A stretch of DNA of 64,000 nucleotides from Candidatus Woesebacteria bacterium. GTDB lineage: Bacteria; Patescibacteriota; Microgenomatia; UBA8517. The notes beneath the pieces were generated by a model, which saw only the letters and a program-made list of their open reading frames with translations, searched no databases and was not told the DNA's origin. Shown here piece after piece: positions 8,636 through 18,193 of the stretch (position 1 is its first letter; the number at the start of each line of letters is the position of its first letter). Location: positions 49,372-113,371 of the forward strand of contig JAGUYM010000014.1 in assembly GCA_020061305.1 (NCBI GenBank), in the 5' to 3' direction. A program made the position numbers and the translations under genes.

Positions 8636-10464
8636 TGATTAGTAAAAACATGCAAGACATTAACACAAAAAAACAAGAGCAAAACATAAATAGCAAACCT
8701 GCTGTTAAACATCCTGTGAGCGAGATTGAGGAGGGAAAACAATTGCTTGATGTAATTGCACCTGATCATGTCGAGGTGGATTTTAATCATATTAAAGTTA
8801 ACAATGTTTATTACAGAACACTTTTTATTGGAGGCTACCCTAGATTTGTTGCACCTGGATGGCTTGAACCTGTGATTAATTTTAATTCATCACTTGATAT
8901 CAGTTTTTTTGTATATCCTGTTGCAGGCAAGTCTGTACTTGATGATCTTCGTAGAAAAATTGCAGAAATGGAAGCAGAAATCTCGACAGATATTCAAAGA
9001 GGAAGAGTTGTTGACCCAGCAACAACCGCCAAACTTGAGGATGCAAGGGCATTGCAAGAACAACTTGTCAAGGGGATTGAAAGATACTTTGAGTTTTCAT
9101 TTTATATCACAATTCCTGCTAATTCAGTTGAAGAACTAAACAATGTCTCAAGACAAATTGAGTCACTTTTAGGATCACTCCTAATTATTGCAAAACCTGC
9201 GACTTTAGACCAAAAAGAGGGATTTCTTTCAACCGTTCCGTATGGACAAGATAGACTGTCAATTACCAGAAATATGGATACAACATCTGTTGCTACAACT
9301 TTTCCATTTACTTCAGCTGAGCTTAGCTCGGATACCGGTGTTTTATATGGCATAAACTCACAAAATGAGTCATTTATTATCTTTGATAGATTTTCTCTGG
9401 AGAATGGGAACATGACAGTCTTTGCTACATCAGGCGCAGGAAAGTCTTATTTCGTTAAACTTGAAGCTATTAGATCACTCATGATAGGCTCAGATGCAAT
9501 TATTCTTGACCCTGAAGCTGAATATAAAACACTTTGTGAAGCTGTTGGAGGAGAATACATTGCATTTTCATATAATTCGCCTGCAAAAATTAATCCTTTT
9601 GACCTTTCTCAGATTAGAGAAGAAGGAGAAAACCAATTAGGTCTTAAAATTCTTTCACTTCATTCATTAATGAAGGTAATCATGGGCCAAATAACACCGA
9701 CCCAAGATGCCATGCTTGATAGAGCTTTAGTTATGACTTATAAAGCAAGGGGAATTACAACTGACCCTGAAACTCAAACCAAGGAACCGCCTTTGATGGA
9801 AGATCTTTATAAAACATTAATCGGAATGGAAGTCCCGGAAGCGCTTGACTTAGCTGCTCGTCTTGAAAAATTTGTAAGAGGCTCATTCCAAGGTATTTTT
9901 GACAAACAAACAAACATTAACTTAAATAATCCATTCACTGTTTTTTCAGTCAAGGATTTACAAGAAGCCCTTCGTCCAATTGCTATGTTTATTATCCTTG
10001 ATTATATTTGGACTAGAGTTAAAAGGGATATAAAGCGTCGAATTCTAATCGTTGATGAGGCATGGCATATGATGAGGTATCCCGATACTGCAGCCTTTCT
10101 CTGGTCAGTCGTCAAAAGGGCTAGAAAATACTATCTAGGACTCACCACAATCACTCAAGATGTTGAAGATTTTCTTGGACAGGACATTGGTAAGGCAATT
10201 GTCACAAATAGCGCCTTAAGGCTTCTTCTGAAACAATCTCCGGCAGCAATTGATAAGATAGGGGAAGTTTTTTATCTCTCACAGGGGGAAAAACAACTGC
10301 TTCTGGCTGCAAATGTGGGGGAGGGCATATTTTTTGCAGGACCACACCACGCACCGATTAGAGTAGTAGCGTCAGAAGAAGAACATAAATTAATAAATAC
10401 AAGACCACAAGACAATCCATTACCAACAATGCCAAACATGAAAGCATGGAACAGGGAAGCCTAG
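8635..10464 (+). CDS. VirB4-like ATPase (ConE/TraC type)
   Basis: Walker A ATSGAGKS, ILDPEAEY, INPFD, Walker B LIVDEAW, KRARKY, TITQDVEDF. Confidence 0.92.
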   Translation: MISKNMQDINTKKQEQNINSKPAVKHPVSEIEEGKQLLDVIAPDHVEVDFNHIKVNNVYYRTLFIGGYPRFVAPGWLEPVINFNSSLDISFFVYPVAGKSVLDDLRRKIAEMEAEISTDIQRGRVVDPATTAKLEDARALQEQLVKGIERYFEFSFYITIPANSVEELNNVSRQIESLLGSLLIIAKPATLDQKEGFLSTVPYGQDRLSITRNMDTTSVATTFPFTSAELSSDTGVLYGINSQNESFIIFDRFSLENGNMTVFATSGAGKSYFVKLEAIRSLMIGSDAIILDPEAEYKTLCEAVGGEYIAFSYNSPAKINPFDLSQIREEGENQLGLKILSLHSLMKVIMGQITPTQDAMLDRALVMTYKARGITTDPETQTKEPPLMEDLYKTLIGMEVPEALDLAARLEKFVRGSFQGIFDKQTNINLNNPFTVFSVKDLQEALRPIAMFIILDYIWTRVKRDIKRRILIVDEAWHMMRYPDTAAFLWSVVKRARKYYLGLTTITQDVEDFLGQDIGKAIVTNSALRLLLKQSPAAIDKIGEVFYLSQGEKQLLLAANVGEGIFFAGPHHAPIRVVASEEEHKLINTRPQDNPLPTMPNMKAWNREA

Positions 10465-10484
10465 CTTCACCTGAATTATGAATT

Positions 10485-13217
10485 ATGAATAAAACACTTG
10501 ATTTAAAAGCATTAGTTGCCATACAAGAGGCGCTTGAGCGTTTTTATCCAAGAGAATTAGGGCTTGAAGGTAGCGTTGAGTTTAAAAAATGGGGAGAATG
10601 GCCAAGCAAAGAAGTTTTTTGGGAACAACTTAAAACATATCCTGAATTTAAAAATATTAAAACTCAAAAAGAAGCTTCAGGTTTATTACAAAAGTTAATC
10701 GATGAGAAAACAAAAGGAGCAGAAGCTCCAGGGCAACCTGATTCAAATTTACCACAAAATAGAGAGGCGAATGAAGAATTAAGAAAGAAAAGTGAAGAAT
10801 TGCACACAGAAACACGGGAAGGCTCAAAACAAGCTGTTGAGACAATGCAAAAGAGGCAACAGGAAATGTATGAAGAGGCACAAAAGCTTAAAAAACAAGC
10901 AGAGGAATTAAAAAATAATGAACAACTAACCAAAGACCTTACAGGTAAAAAAATATATGCCAAAATTGAAGTAGAGGATACACCAAGCCTAGACGAAGAC
11001 AAACAACAAAAACTTGAACGCTACAAAGAACTTTCAAAAAATAAACCAGAAACTGCCAAAGAAGAACTGGCCAAAGAACTTGAAGTATCAATTGAAAAAC
11101 AATTTGCAAAAGAAGATTTAACCAAAGAAGAAATAAAATCAATTGCAAGGGAAACTGCAAGTGAAACCATAGAAACTTTATCCAAAATTGATTCTCCTGA
11201 TTACGTTCCTACAACTTATCAAACAGCAATACTTACTGCAGTTGCCGTTGATGATAAAGTTGTACCTAAGGTTGCCATATCAAAATCTGCAACAGAAATT
11301 GTAAAAAATTCTGCGGGTCATGTTGCAGTTTTTAAAATTCAGCCCGAACTTTTAACTAGAGGAATAATAGAAACTGCATTTGGAAAGGATTTTACCAATT
11401 TTGTTCTTGGTGTTGACCCTTCAAAAGTTGAGGTTACACTAGTTGAAACAATTCCCCAAAATTTACCAAGAGAAGAATTGGTTAAGTATAAAGAAGTTAA
11501 TCTTCAAAATATTCGCGAATCTCACACAAACATCTTAGAGTGGAATTCCTCTGTATTAGAAAAGGCTTCATCAGTAGGTAAAGGATATGCAGATAGATAT
11601 ATGTCTTCAGGAATTGCTAATTTTATAACAAGAAGAATTGAGGCGCTTCCTGTAAATTCTGTTGTTAAAAAAGTAGTTACCACGCCTGAAATGCAGGCTA
11701 TGTTTTTTGCAAAATTTGGAGTAGGTAGTCCTGTGGTTTGGCAATATGCAAATCCGACTTTAATGAAGCTTTTTGGCCAAAATCAATTAGCTGGCGCCGC
11801 CTTCAGCACCGTAGGAAGAATTACTGGAAAACCAATTGTAACTGCAGTTACAGGAGAAGTTGCAGGTCAGGTTGCTGGCAAAGTTGCCACGCAAGCCGCA
11901 GGTAAAGCAACGGGCGCAGGTCTTGGTGCAACGATTGGTGCAATCACTGGCTTATCGGGTGGGCCACTTGCAATTGTAACGGCAGCAGTTGGCTATGTAA
12001 TAGGTGAGGTTTTTGGTAAGGTAATTTCAAAACTTAAAGTTTGGTGGACTAAAAATAAAGATAAAATTGCGCCGATTTTGGGAGTTGGGGTAGGGTTATC
12101 CTTTGCAAGATTTGGGTTTGGACCGGCGATTTTAGGTGGTGCTGGGACTTATTTACTTTTTGGTGGTACTGCGACGGCCTTACTTTTTGGCCCAATGAGA
12201 TTTTTTGCAATTTTAGGAAGAAACATTGGAATTACAATTGCAACTCCTGTAATAGTTACCCTTTTGGTCCTCCCCCCGCTCGTCGCCTTCATTATGCTTG
12301 TCATTAACAACAGTGCCTATGTTGTACCACCAAGCCCGCTCAGTTTTAATCGTGGCGGAGTGATAACTTCTCCTTATATTGATATAACCAAAACTGCAAC
12401 CCCCCCGGGTCCGTTTGAAAATTCTGATTTACCCTTAACTGTAACATACACCATAACAATAAAGGCCAAAAAAGGACCGCTTACTAACATAAAAATTGAT
12501 TATGCATGTAGGGTAGTTAAATCTAATTCATCAACTGTTTGCCCCGAACCAAACGGAACAATCCCTACAACAACTAGCGGAATTTCACCCTCTGCCCCTT
12601 TTGTTTTTTCATATTCTCAAACTTATGATCCCCTAAATTTTGAGGACTCTTTTGTTACTGATACAGTTACTATAACCGCAGACGAACCCTCAGCAAAAAA
12701 CATTCAAGCCGCAGCAGCGGCAACAATAAAAATAGGTGAACCACCAGAAGAATGTCCAACAGAAGAATTGTGGCCTACAAGTAATGGCGTTATTACACAA
12801 GGTGCTTATACAAACGGCTCACATAAAGGGACAGAATCAATTGACATTGGTGTTAGCAGTACTAATGTTTTTACAACACATTCAGGTGTTGTGGTTTTTT
12901 CCGGTTTTGATTCATGTTATGGTAACGAAATTAAAATTAAATCTTCTTGTGGTGGAAAAGAGTTTATAAGTAGATATTCACACCTTGAAGCTCGAAGTGT
13001 TACAAATGGGGCTTCTGTTTCAATGGGGCAAGTTATTGGTAGAAGTGGAAATACTGGGACATGCACCACAGGACCACATGTTCATTATGAATTTAGATTC
13101 TGGCCAGACGGAAAGCCAAGTTGGCCAAACAACCCTCCATTCATGATGAGACCTTATATTCCAAGAGATGTTCCCAGAGGATGTGAAAATTCTATAAGTT
13201 GTGGTGTATCATTTTAG
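10485..13217 (+). CDS. Large membrane protein with coiled-coil N-terminus, Gly/Ala-rich hydrophobic segment and C-terminal M23 peptidase
   Basis: H----D (HKGTESIDI), YSHL, GQVIGRSGNTG---GPHVHYE. Confidence 0.85.
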   Translation: MNKTLDLKALVAIQEALERFYPRELGLEGSVEFKKWGEWPSKEVFWEQLKTYPEFKNIKTQKEASGLLQKLIDEKTKGAEAPGQPDSNLPQNREANEELRKKSEELHTETREGSKQAVETMQKRQQEMYEEAQKLKKQAEELKNNEQLTKDLTGKKIYAKIEVEDTPSLDEDKQQKLERYKELSKNKPETAKEELAKELEVSIEKQFAKEDLTKEEIKSIARETASETIETLSKIDSPDYVPTTYQTAILTAVAVDDKVVPKVAISKSATEIVKNSAGHVAVFKIQPELLTRGIIETAFGKDFTNFVLGVDPSKVEVTLVETIPQNLPREELVKYKEVNLQNIRESHTNILEWNSSVLEKASSVGKGYADRYMSSGIANFITRRIEALPVNSVVKKVVTTPEMQAMFFAKFGVGSPVVWQYANPTLMKLFGQNQLAGAAFSTVGRITGKPIVTAVTGEVAGQVAGKVATQAAGKATGAGLGATIGAITGLSGGPLAIVTAAVGYVIGEVFGKVISKLKVWWTKNKDKIAPILGVGVGLSFARFGFGPAILGGAGTYLLFGGTATALLFGPMRFFAILGRNIGITIATPVIVTLLVLPPLVAFIMLVINNSAYVVPPSPLSFNRGGVITSPYIDITKTATPPGPFENSDLPLTVTYTITIKAKKGPLTNIKIDYACRVVKSNSSTVCPEPNGTIPTTTSGISPSAPFVFSYSQTYDPLNFEDSFVTDTVTITADEPSAKNIQAAAAATIKIGEPPEECPTEELWPTSNGVITQGAYTNGSHKGTESIDIGVSSTNVFTTHSGVVVFSGFDSCYGNEIKIKSSCGGKEFISRYSHLEARSVTNGASVSMGQVIGRSGNTGTCTTGPHVHYEFRFWPDGKPSWPNNPPFMMRPYIPRDVPRGCENSISCGVSF

Positions 13218-13228
13218 TAATATAAAAC

Positions 13229-14227
13229 ATGATAAATAACAAAAAAAAGATCTATATAGCCCTTTCCTCTGTTGCAGCATTTTCTGTTTTTATCTTAATT
13301 TATGTCATTAACAAAAATGGGCCCGATCCAGAAATATCACCATTAAAACCCAATATCCAAGGAGGGATACAAGGAGACTTTTCTAAAAAAATTGAATTTT
13401 CCCAATTTGACTACGAAATACCAAAAAATTTACCCACATTAACATTCAAGCTTCTTTCTATAAACAAGGACATTGTGGTTAAAATTAAAAACTCTCTAAG
13501 TATTGATTCAGGTATTGAAGAATTTACCGATGTAGATGAAGGGGTAAAATATTTTCTGAATACCGACGATGCTTTTTTAGTTATTACTCCAAAAGTAAGC
13601 AAAATTAAATACGGACTACACCGTTTACCCACCAATCTAAAAAATGAGTTGTCAATATCAGAAGATCAAATTAAAAACATTGCTTTGGCTTTCTTAAACG
13701 ATAAACTACTAAATAACAACTTTGTTTTGCCAAATGAGATATTATATTTAAAACATAGCATTAATAGTGAGGGTTTTGAGAAAACAAACAATAATAGCGA
13801 GGCAGTTGTTTATCAAGTTAATTTCACCCCAGCATCCGCACAAAATTATAAAATTGTAACATCAAGATCTGAAAACCCAACAACTTTTGTTCAGATTACC
13901 AAAAGTGGAGAGATTTACTATGCTGAAACGACATTGTTTGATGAAATTTCTAAAAGCCCCTCAAATTATCCAGTTAAGGGATTTGGTGATATTCAAGATA
14001 GTTCAAACGATTTCAAGCTTATTAATCTTTCAGGTGATTATTTGTCAGTATTGGAAATCTCAATTAGTAACATAAAAAAAATAATTATTAATGATATTGA
14101 AGTTGTTTATTTTTGGGACCAGAAAGTAGACAGTTTTCTTCAACCAATTTTTATACTAAATGCAGATATTGAAATTTCTGGATCTACAGCAAACAAAGCT
14201 ATCTTTTATCTTCCTGCTTTTAAATAA
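13229..14227 (+). CDS. Hypothetical membrane-anchored extracytoplasmic protein
   Basis: N-terminal basic stretch plus TM helix; last gene of the T4SS-like run. Confidence 0.75.
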   Translation: MINNKKKIYIALSSVAAFSVFILIYVINKNGPDPEISPLKPNIQGGIQGDFSKKIEFSQFDYEIPKNLPTLTFKLLSINKDIVVKIKNSLSIDSGIEEFTDVDEGVKYFLNTDDAFLVITPKVSKIKYGLHRLPTNLKNELSISEDQIKNIALAFLNDKLLNNNFVLPNEILYLKHSINSEGFEKTNNNSEAVVYQVNFTPASAQNYKIVTSRSENPTTFVQITKSGEIYYAETTLFDEISKSPSNYPVKGFGDIQDSSNDFKLINLSGDYLSVLEISISNIKKIIINDIEVVYFWDQKVDSFLQPIFILNADIEISGSTANKAIFYLPAFK

Positions 14228-14273
14228 ATCAATCACTTTCTAGACCAAAGTCTTGGGGGTTTAGGACGACTTT

Positions 14274-14649
14274 TTATTCAATCCTCGCTTTCTGATTATA
14301 TAACCGATAATATGAAAAATCTTGATAGATAGTCATTATGTGTTGTTTTAAGTTTGGGAATGTATTCTCTTTTTCTTGATAAATTACTTTTCCGTATGTA
14401 ATAATGTGATTTTTAAGTTCCATTGTAGCTTCGCTACCAAAAACTATATCTATATTTACAAGTTTATTAATTTTGTTTGATAACAACTCATACAAGTAAT
14501 CATAAGTTTCATTATTTTTGTTTCCTAAAACATAGGAATCATAATCGCTATTTTGATTAGCAATTCCTTGAGCTTAAGAGCCAAAAAGAATCAAGGCTTT
14601 TACCCCCAAATTTTTTTAGTTTGATTTTTTCTTCATTGGTTAATTGCAT
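14274..14649 (-). pseudogene. MNT-type nucleotidyltransferase (MntA-like), frameshifted and with an internal stop
   Basis: MQLTNEEKIKLKKF, then an extra base at the G5 run (14603-14607), then GVKALILFGS*AQGIANQNSDYD...IDIV. TATAAT lies 6 nt before the ATG. Confidence 0.75.
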
Positions 14650-14675
14650 GAGGTAATTATACTACAGATTAAAAT

Positions 14676-15791
14676 TTAGCTGTTTTTAATAGGCATTATG
14701 AGGTGGAGGAAGGTGGGAGAGGAAGAATCTAAAAATTTTCCTGCTTTACTTTCTTCGCTAAATTCCATTACTACCTCATCTGCCTTTACTACTTTTAAAT
14801 AATCCTCAATAAATTTATAGTTATATGAAATTTCAAAATCTTTTACATCTTCATCGTTTTCCACTTTTGCCTCAATTTCATTTTCCTGACTTCCTGTAGT
14901 TTGATTCTCTGAAACAATCCTGACTTTGGACTGATGACTATTGACTTGTAACTTAATAATATTTCCTGCTTCTCTTGCGAAAACTGATGCAAGTTTAATG
15001 GCTTTAACTAATTCCTCTTTATCTAAAACAACTCTTAATTTGTGTTTATCAGGTATAATTTTTTGATAGTCTGGATAACTTCCTTCAATTATTCTACTGG
15101 AATAAAGACAGTCCTCAATCGAAGCAATAAATTGACCATTTTTTTCATCAATAGAAATAAAAACATCTTCTTCTGATTCATTTTTTAATATTTCATAAAG
15201 AATATTTTTAGGCACGACTGGTTTTTCAAAATCTTTAGGAGTTTTTTTAGTATCAACTTTTATTTTTGAAAGTCTAAATCCATCAGTTGAAATAAAATAG
15301 AGATCACCATCTATAAAATCAAATAAAACTCCTGTTAGAATAGGCCTTGTTTCATCAAGGGATAATGAAAACAAGGTATTAAGCAAGGCAGTGTTTAACT
15401 CACTTTTTTTGATTACAAATCCTTCCTTTTTAGAAGTATTGGGGATTTTTGGAAAATCTGTAGCATTTAAACCTAAAATAGTTGATTTAAACGAACCGGA
15501 AGAAATTTTTATTTTTTCTTTGTCTTCATTAATTTCAATTTCATTATTAAGGTTTAAGACAATATCCAAAAAAGTTTTACCTGGAACTGTTATTTCTCCT
15601 TCCTTTTCAACTTTAGCTGGAATTTTAAGACTAACTGCATTTTCAAGGTTAGTAGCAGAAAATGAAACTTTAGAACCAGAAGCTGATATTAAGATATTTC
15701 CAAGTATCGGAAGCTGTGTTTTAGCTGAAATAAAATGAGATGCTGTACTAACAGTTCTTTTTAGATTTTCTGCTGAAGTTATGAATTTCAT
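14676..15791 (-). CDS. dnaN: DNA polymerase III beta clamp
   Basis: LPILGNILI, SATNLE, ETRPILTGV, STDGFRLS, YPDYQKIIP, HLIMPI. Confidence 0.97.
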   Translation of the reverse strand: MKFITSAENLKRTVSTASHFISAKTQLPILGNILISASGSKVSFSATNLENAVSLKIPAKVEKEGEITVPGKTFLDIVLNLNNEIEINEDKEKIKISSGSFKSTILGLNATDFPKIPNTSKKEGFVIKKSELNTALLNTLFSLSLDETRPILTGVLFDFIDGDLYFISTDGFRLSKIKVDTKKTPKDFEKPVVPKNILYEILKNESEEDVFISIDEKNGQFIASIEDCLYSSRIIEGSYPDYQKIIPDKHKLRVVLDKEELVKAIKLASVFAREAGNIIKLQVNSHQSKVRIVSENQTTGSQENEIEAKVENDEDVKDFEISYNYKFIEDYLKVVKADEVVMEFSEESKAGKFLDSSSPTFLHLIMPIKNS

Positions 15792-15799
15792 GTTTTAAT

Positions 15800-15962
15800 A
15801 TTTATCATATTTTAAATAGTAGTACTAGTAGTAGTATAGGGAGATAAGTGGAAAACTCTAAATTCTAAATTCTAAATTCTAAATTACTTCGGGATATAAA
15901 TAGGTGGATAAATATGTGGATAATTGTTTATAAATTGTTGATAAGTTGATAACCTTAAAAAG
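15800..15962. other. Replication origin oriC (dnaA-dnaN intergenic)
   Basis: Perfect DnaA box TGTGGATAA at 15915-15923, variants at 15903, 15925, 15936 and 15944. TAG-repeat DnaA-trios at 15817-15837 next to a G-run and an AT-rich stretch. Confidence 0.88.
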
Positions 15963-17333
15963 TTATCCCAATAGCATTTTTTTAATCCCCGATAAATCCC
16001 CTTGAATATCCACATTTGTTGAGGCTAAAAGCTGAATGTTATCAACAGCATGCATTACAGTGGTATGATCTTTTCCACCAACAATTCTCCCAACTGTTTG
16101 GTAAGGGAGATTAATTTGAGTTCTTAAAATATACATCAAAATTTGTCTTGGTCTTGAATAAATCCTTGCCCGTGATTCACCCAGTAAGTCCCTTTTATTT
16201 ATTGAATAATATTTAGCAATTGTTTTAACTATTTCTTCAGGGCTTGCTTTAATCTTGCTTTCTTCTAGACCGTTATTTTTACCTATTATTTTTTGTATGT
16301 TATCTATTGTCAGTTCGCCACCCTTTAGATTTATATCAGTGAAAAGTCTAACTAAAAAGCCCTCTATAGCCCTTGCAGACTCAATGTTTCCAGCAATTAA
16401 TGAGACCATGTCAGGATCAAGTTTTAATCCTCTTTCCTCTGCTTTAATTTGGACAATGGCTGATCTTAATTCAAAATCGGGTGGGGCAACATCAACAATT
16501 AACCCCGCTTCAAATCTACTCCTTAAACGCAGCTCGAGTTTTGATATCTCTGATGGAGGTTTATCTGATGTTAAGACAACCTGGCCTCCGGCAGTTGTGA
16601 CTGCGTTAAATGTATGGAAAAATTCTTCCTGAGCAGTGTCTTTACCTGCTATAAATTGAATATCGTCGATAAAAAGAGCTTCAAGTTTTCTGTATTTCTT
16701 TCTAACCTCAGCGGTGGTCTTATTTCTTATCCCATCAACAATATCATTAGTAAAGTCTTCTGCAGTGCAGGCAATAATTTTAGCCCTGGGATTTTTGGAG
16801 ACGACAACATGGCCAATTGCATGCATCAGATGGCTTTTTCCTACACCTACTCCTCCCCAAATAAAAAGGGGATTATAGGCATGTCCTAAATTTTTAGAAA
16901 CAGCTTCCGCAGCAGCATGTGCCAATTGGTTTGAACCTGAGACCGCAAATTTATCAAATGTATAAGAAGGCCTGATTCTTGCGTTTTTAATGGCCTCATC
17001 TATTTCTTGTTTATTTACTTTAGGCTCATCAAAAAGTGGGGTTGGCTTTTCTATTGACTGTTGACTATTGACTGTTGACTGTTTGACAATAAATGTTATA
17101 TCAACTGGCTTTTCAAGAATCTTTGACAGAGTGTCTTGAATTAAACCAAAATACCTTTGTTCTACTTGGGCTTTAATGTAAAAGGACATGCAACCAATTT
17201 CAATCACAACTCTTCCTCCAACTTCTTTTAAATCATGGATGTGAGAATGCACGAGATATGTACCATACGTGGCGCTTGATACCGAAAGTTTTAATAAATT
17301 TAAAGTGTCTTTCCAGAGTTTGTCTTTATCCAT
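15963..17333 (-). CDS. dnaA: Chromosomal replication initiator DnaA
   Basis: YNPLFIWGGVGVGKSHL, IDDIQF, QEEFFHTFN, KDHTTVMHA. Start set at MDKDKLW (17333); the longer ORF reads a repeat. Confidence 0.98.
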   Translation of the reverse strand: MDKDKLWKDTLNLLKLSVSSATYGTYLVHSHIHDLKEVGGRVVIEIGCMSFYIKAQVEQRYFGLIQDTLSKILEKPVDITFIVKQSTVNSQQSIEKPTPLFDEPKVNKQEIDEAIKNARIRPSYTFDKFAVSGSNQLAHAAAEAVSKNLGHAYNPLFIWGGVGVGKSHLMHAIGHVVVSKNPRAKIIACTAEDFTNDIVDGIRNKTTAEVRKKYRKLEALFIDDIQFIAGKDTAQEEFFHTFNAVTTAGGQVVLTSDKPPSEISKLELRLRSRFEAGLIVDVAPPDFELRSAIVQIKAEERGLKLDPDMVSLIAGNIESARAIEGFLVRLFTDINLKGGELTIDNIQKIIGKNNGLEESKIKASPEEIVKTIAKYYSINKRDLLGESRARIYSRPRQILMYILRTQINLPYQTVGRIVGGKDHTTVMHAVDNIQLLASTNVDIQGDLSGIKKMLLG

Positions 17334-17341
17334 GGTTGTAG

Positions 17342-17423
17342 CACATAGTACAAAGTACAAAGTACATAGAGGGAAAGAAAATGGAGCAGAAATATTTTTC
17401 TAAGTACAAAGTACTAAGTACTT
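17342..17423. repeat. AGTAC heptamer arrays in the dnaA-rpmH intergenic region
   Basis: CACATAGTACAAAGTACAAAGTACATAG and AAGTACAAAGTACTAAGTACT, the same family as at 4788-6797. Confidence 0.85.
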
Positions 17424-17444
17424 GGCATTATTCTTTTACAAAAG

Positions 17445-17453
17445 TTATCCACA
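17445..17453 (+). promoter_or_regulatory. DnaA box upstream of dnaA/rpmH
   Basis: Perfect TTATCCACA. Confidence 0.8.
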
Positions 17454-17503
17454 ATTGTAAAGAGGCAATTTACAATTTATACTTTTCAATTTACAATACG
17501 CTT

Positions 17504-17650
17504 ATGGCTACAAAAAGAACATATCAACCGCATAAAATCAAGAGAATTAGGAAATTTGGTTTTAGAAAGAGAAATTCTACTAAAAACGGAAAAAGGGTTC
17601 TAAAAAGAAGAAGGTTAAAAAAAAGAATTCGTCTATCGGCGACAAATTAA
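17504..17650 (+). CDS. rpmH: 50S ribosomal protein L34
   Basis: [37 protein letters not shown]; TACAAT 6 nt before the ATG. Confidence 0.97.
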   Translation: MATKRTYQPHKIKRIRKFGFRKRNSTKNGKRVLKRRRLKKRIRLSATN

Positions 17651-17700
17651 CTTAAAAACTTAGAATGATTGGAATTAGGGTAATTGGAATTATTTTCTAG

Positions 17701-18042
17701 ATGTTGCCTTCAAAATACAGACTCAAGAAAAGAATTGATTTTGCGAGAAGCGAAATTGACGGAAAATTGTTCCAATCCAAAAATTTTGGAGTAAATATTT
17801 TTGATAGAAAAGATAGTGATAATTCTCGTTTTGCTTTTATAATTTCGACCAAAATAAGTAAAAAGGCAGTTGTTAGAAATAAAATAAGAAGAATTATGAG
17901 TGACATAATAAGGTTGAATCTTGATAAAATAAAGACCGGCTTGGATGTTGTATTTTTAGTCAAACCTACTATTCTAAAATCACATAGAAAGGAAATTGAA
18001 GATGAAACTCTTAAGACTATTGCTTCTAATTTACAAAAATAG
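17701..18042 (+). CDS. rnpA: Ribonuclease P protein component
   Basis: MLPSKYRLKK...RFAFIISTKISKKAVVRNKIRR; synteny. Confidence 0.95.
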   Translation: MLPSKYRLKKRIDFARSEIDGKLFQSKNFGVNIFDRKDSDNSRFAFIISTKISKKAVVRNKIRRIMSDIIRLNLDKIKTGLDVVFLVKPTILKSHRKEIEDETLKTIASNLQK

Positions 18043-18193
18043 TTTCTCGGTAATTTTTAGATACTTATTTGGGAAAGGTTGCAAATATAATGTGACTTGT
18101 TCTGAATATACTGTTATTCAGATTGAAAAACATGGATTTATCCGTGGGGGTTTAAAGGGATTTAAAAGAGTGTTAAAATGCAACAACTTATGA
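18002..18193 (+). CDS. yidD: Membrane protein insertion efficiency factor
   Basis: CKY--TCSEY----IEKHG---G------R--KCN; between rnpA and yidC. Confidence 0.9.
   Translation: MKLLRLLLLIYKNSFSVIFRYLFGKGCKYNVTCSEYTVIQIEKHGFIRGGLKGFKRVLKCNNL

Noticed and set aside
1423-14227. Integrative conjugative element or prophage
   Set aside because: No integrase, relaxase, att repeats or phage genes; it matches a chromosomal CPR locus.
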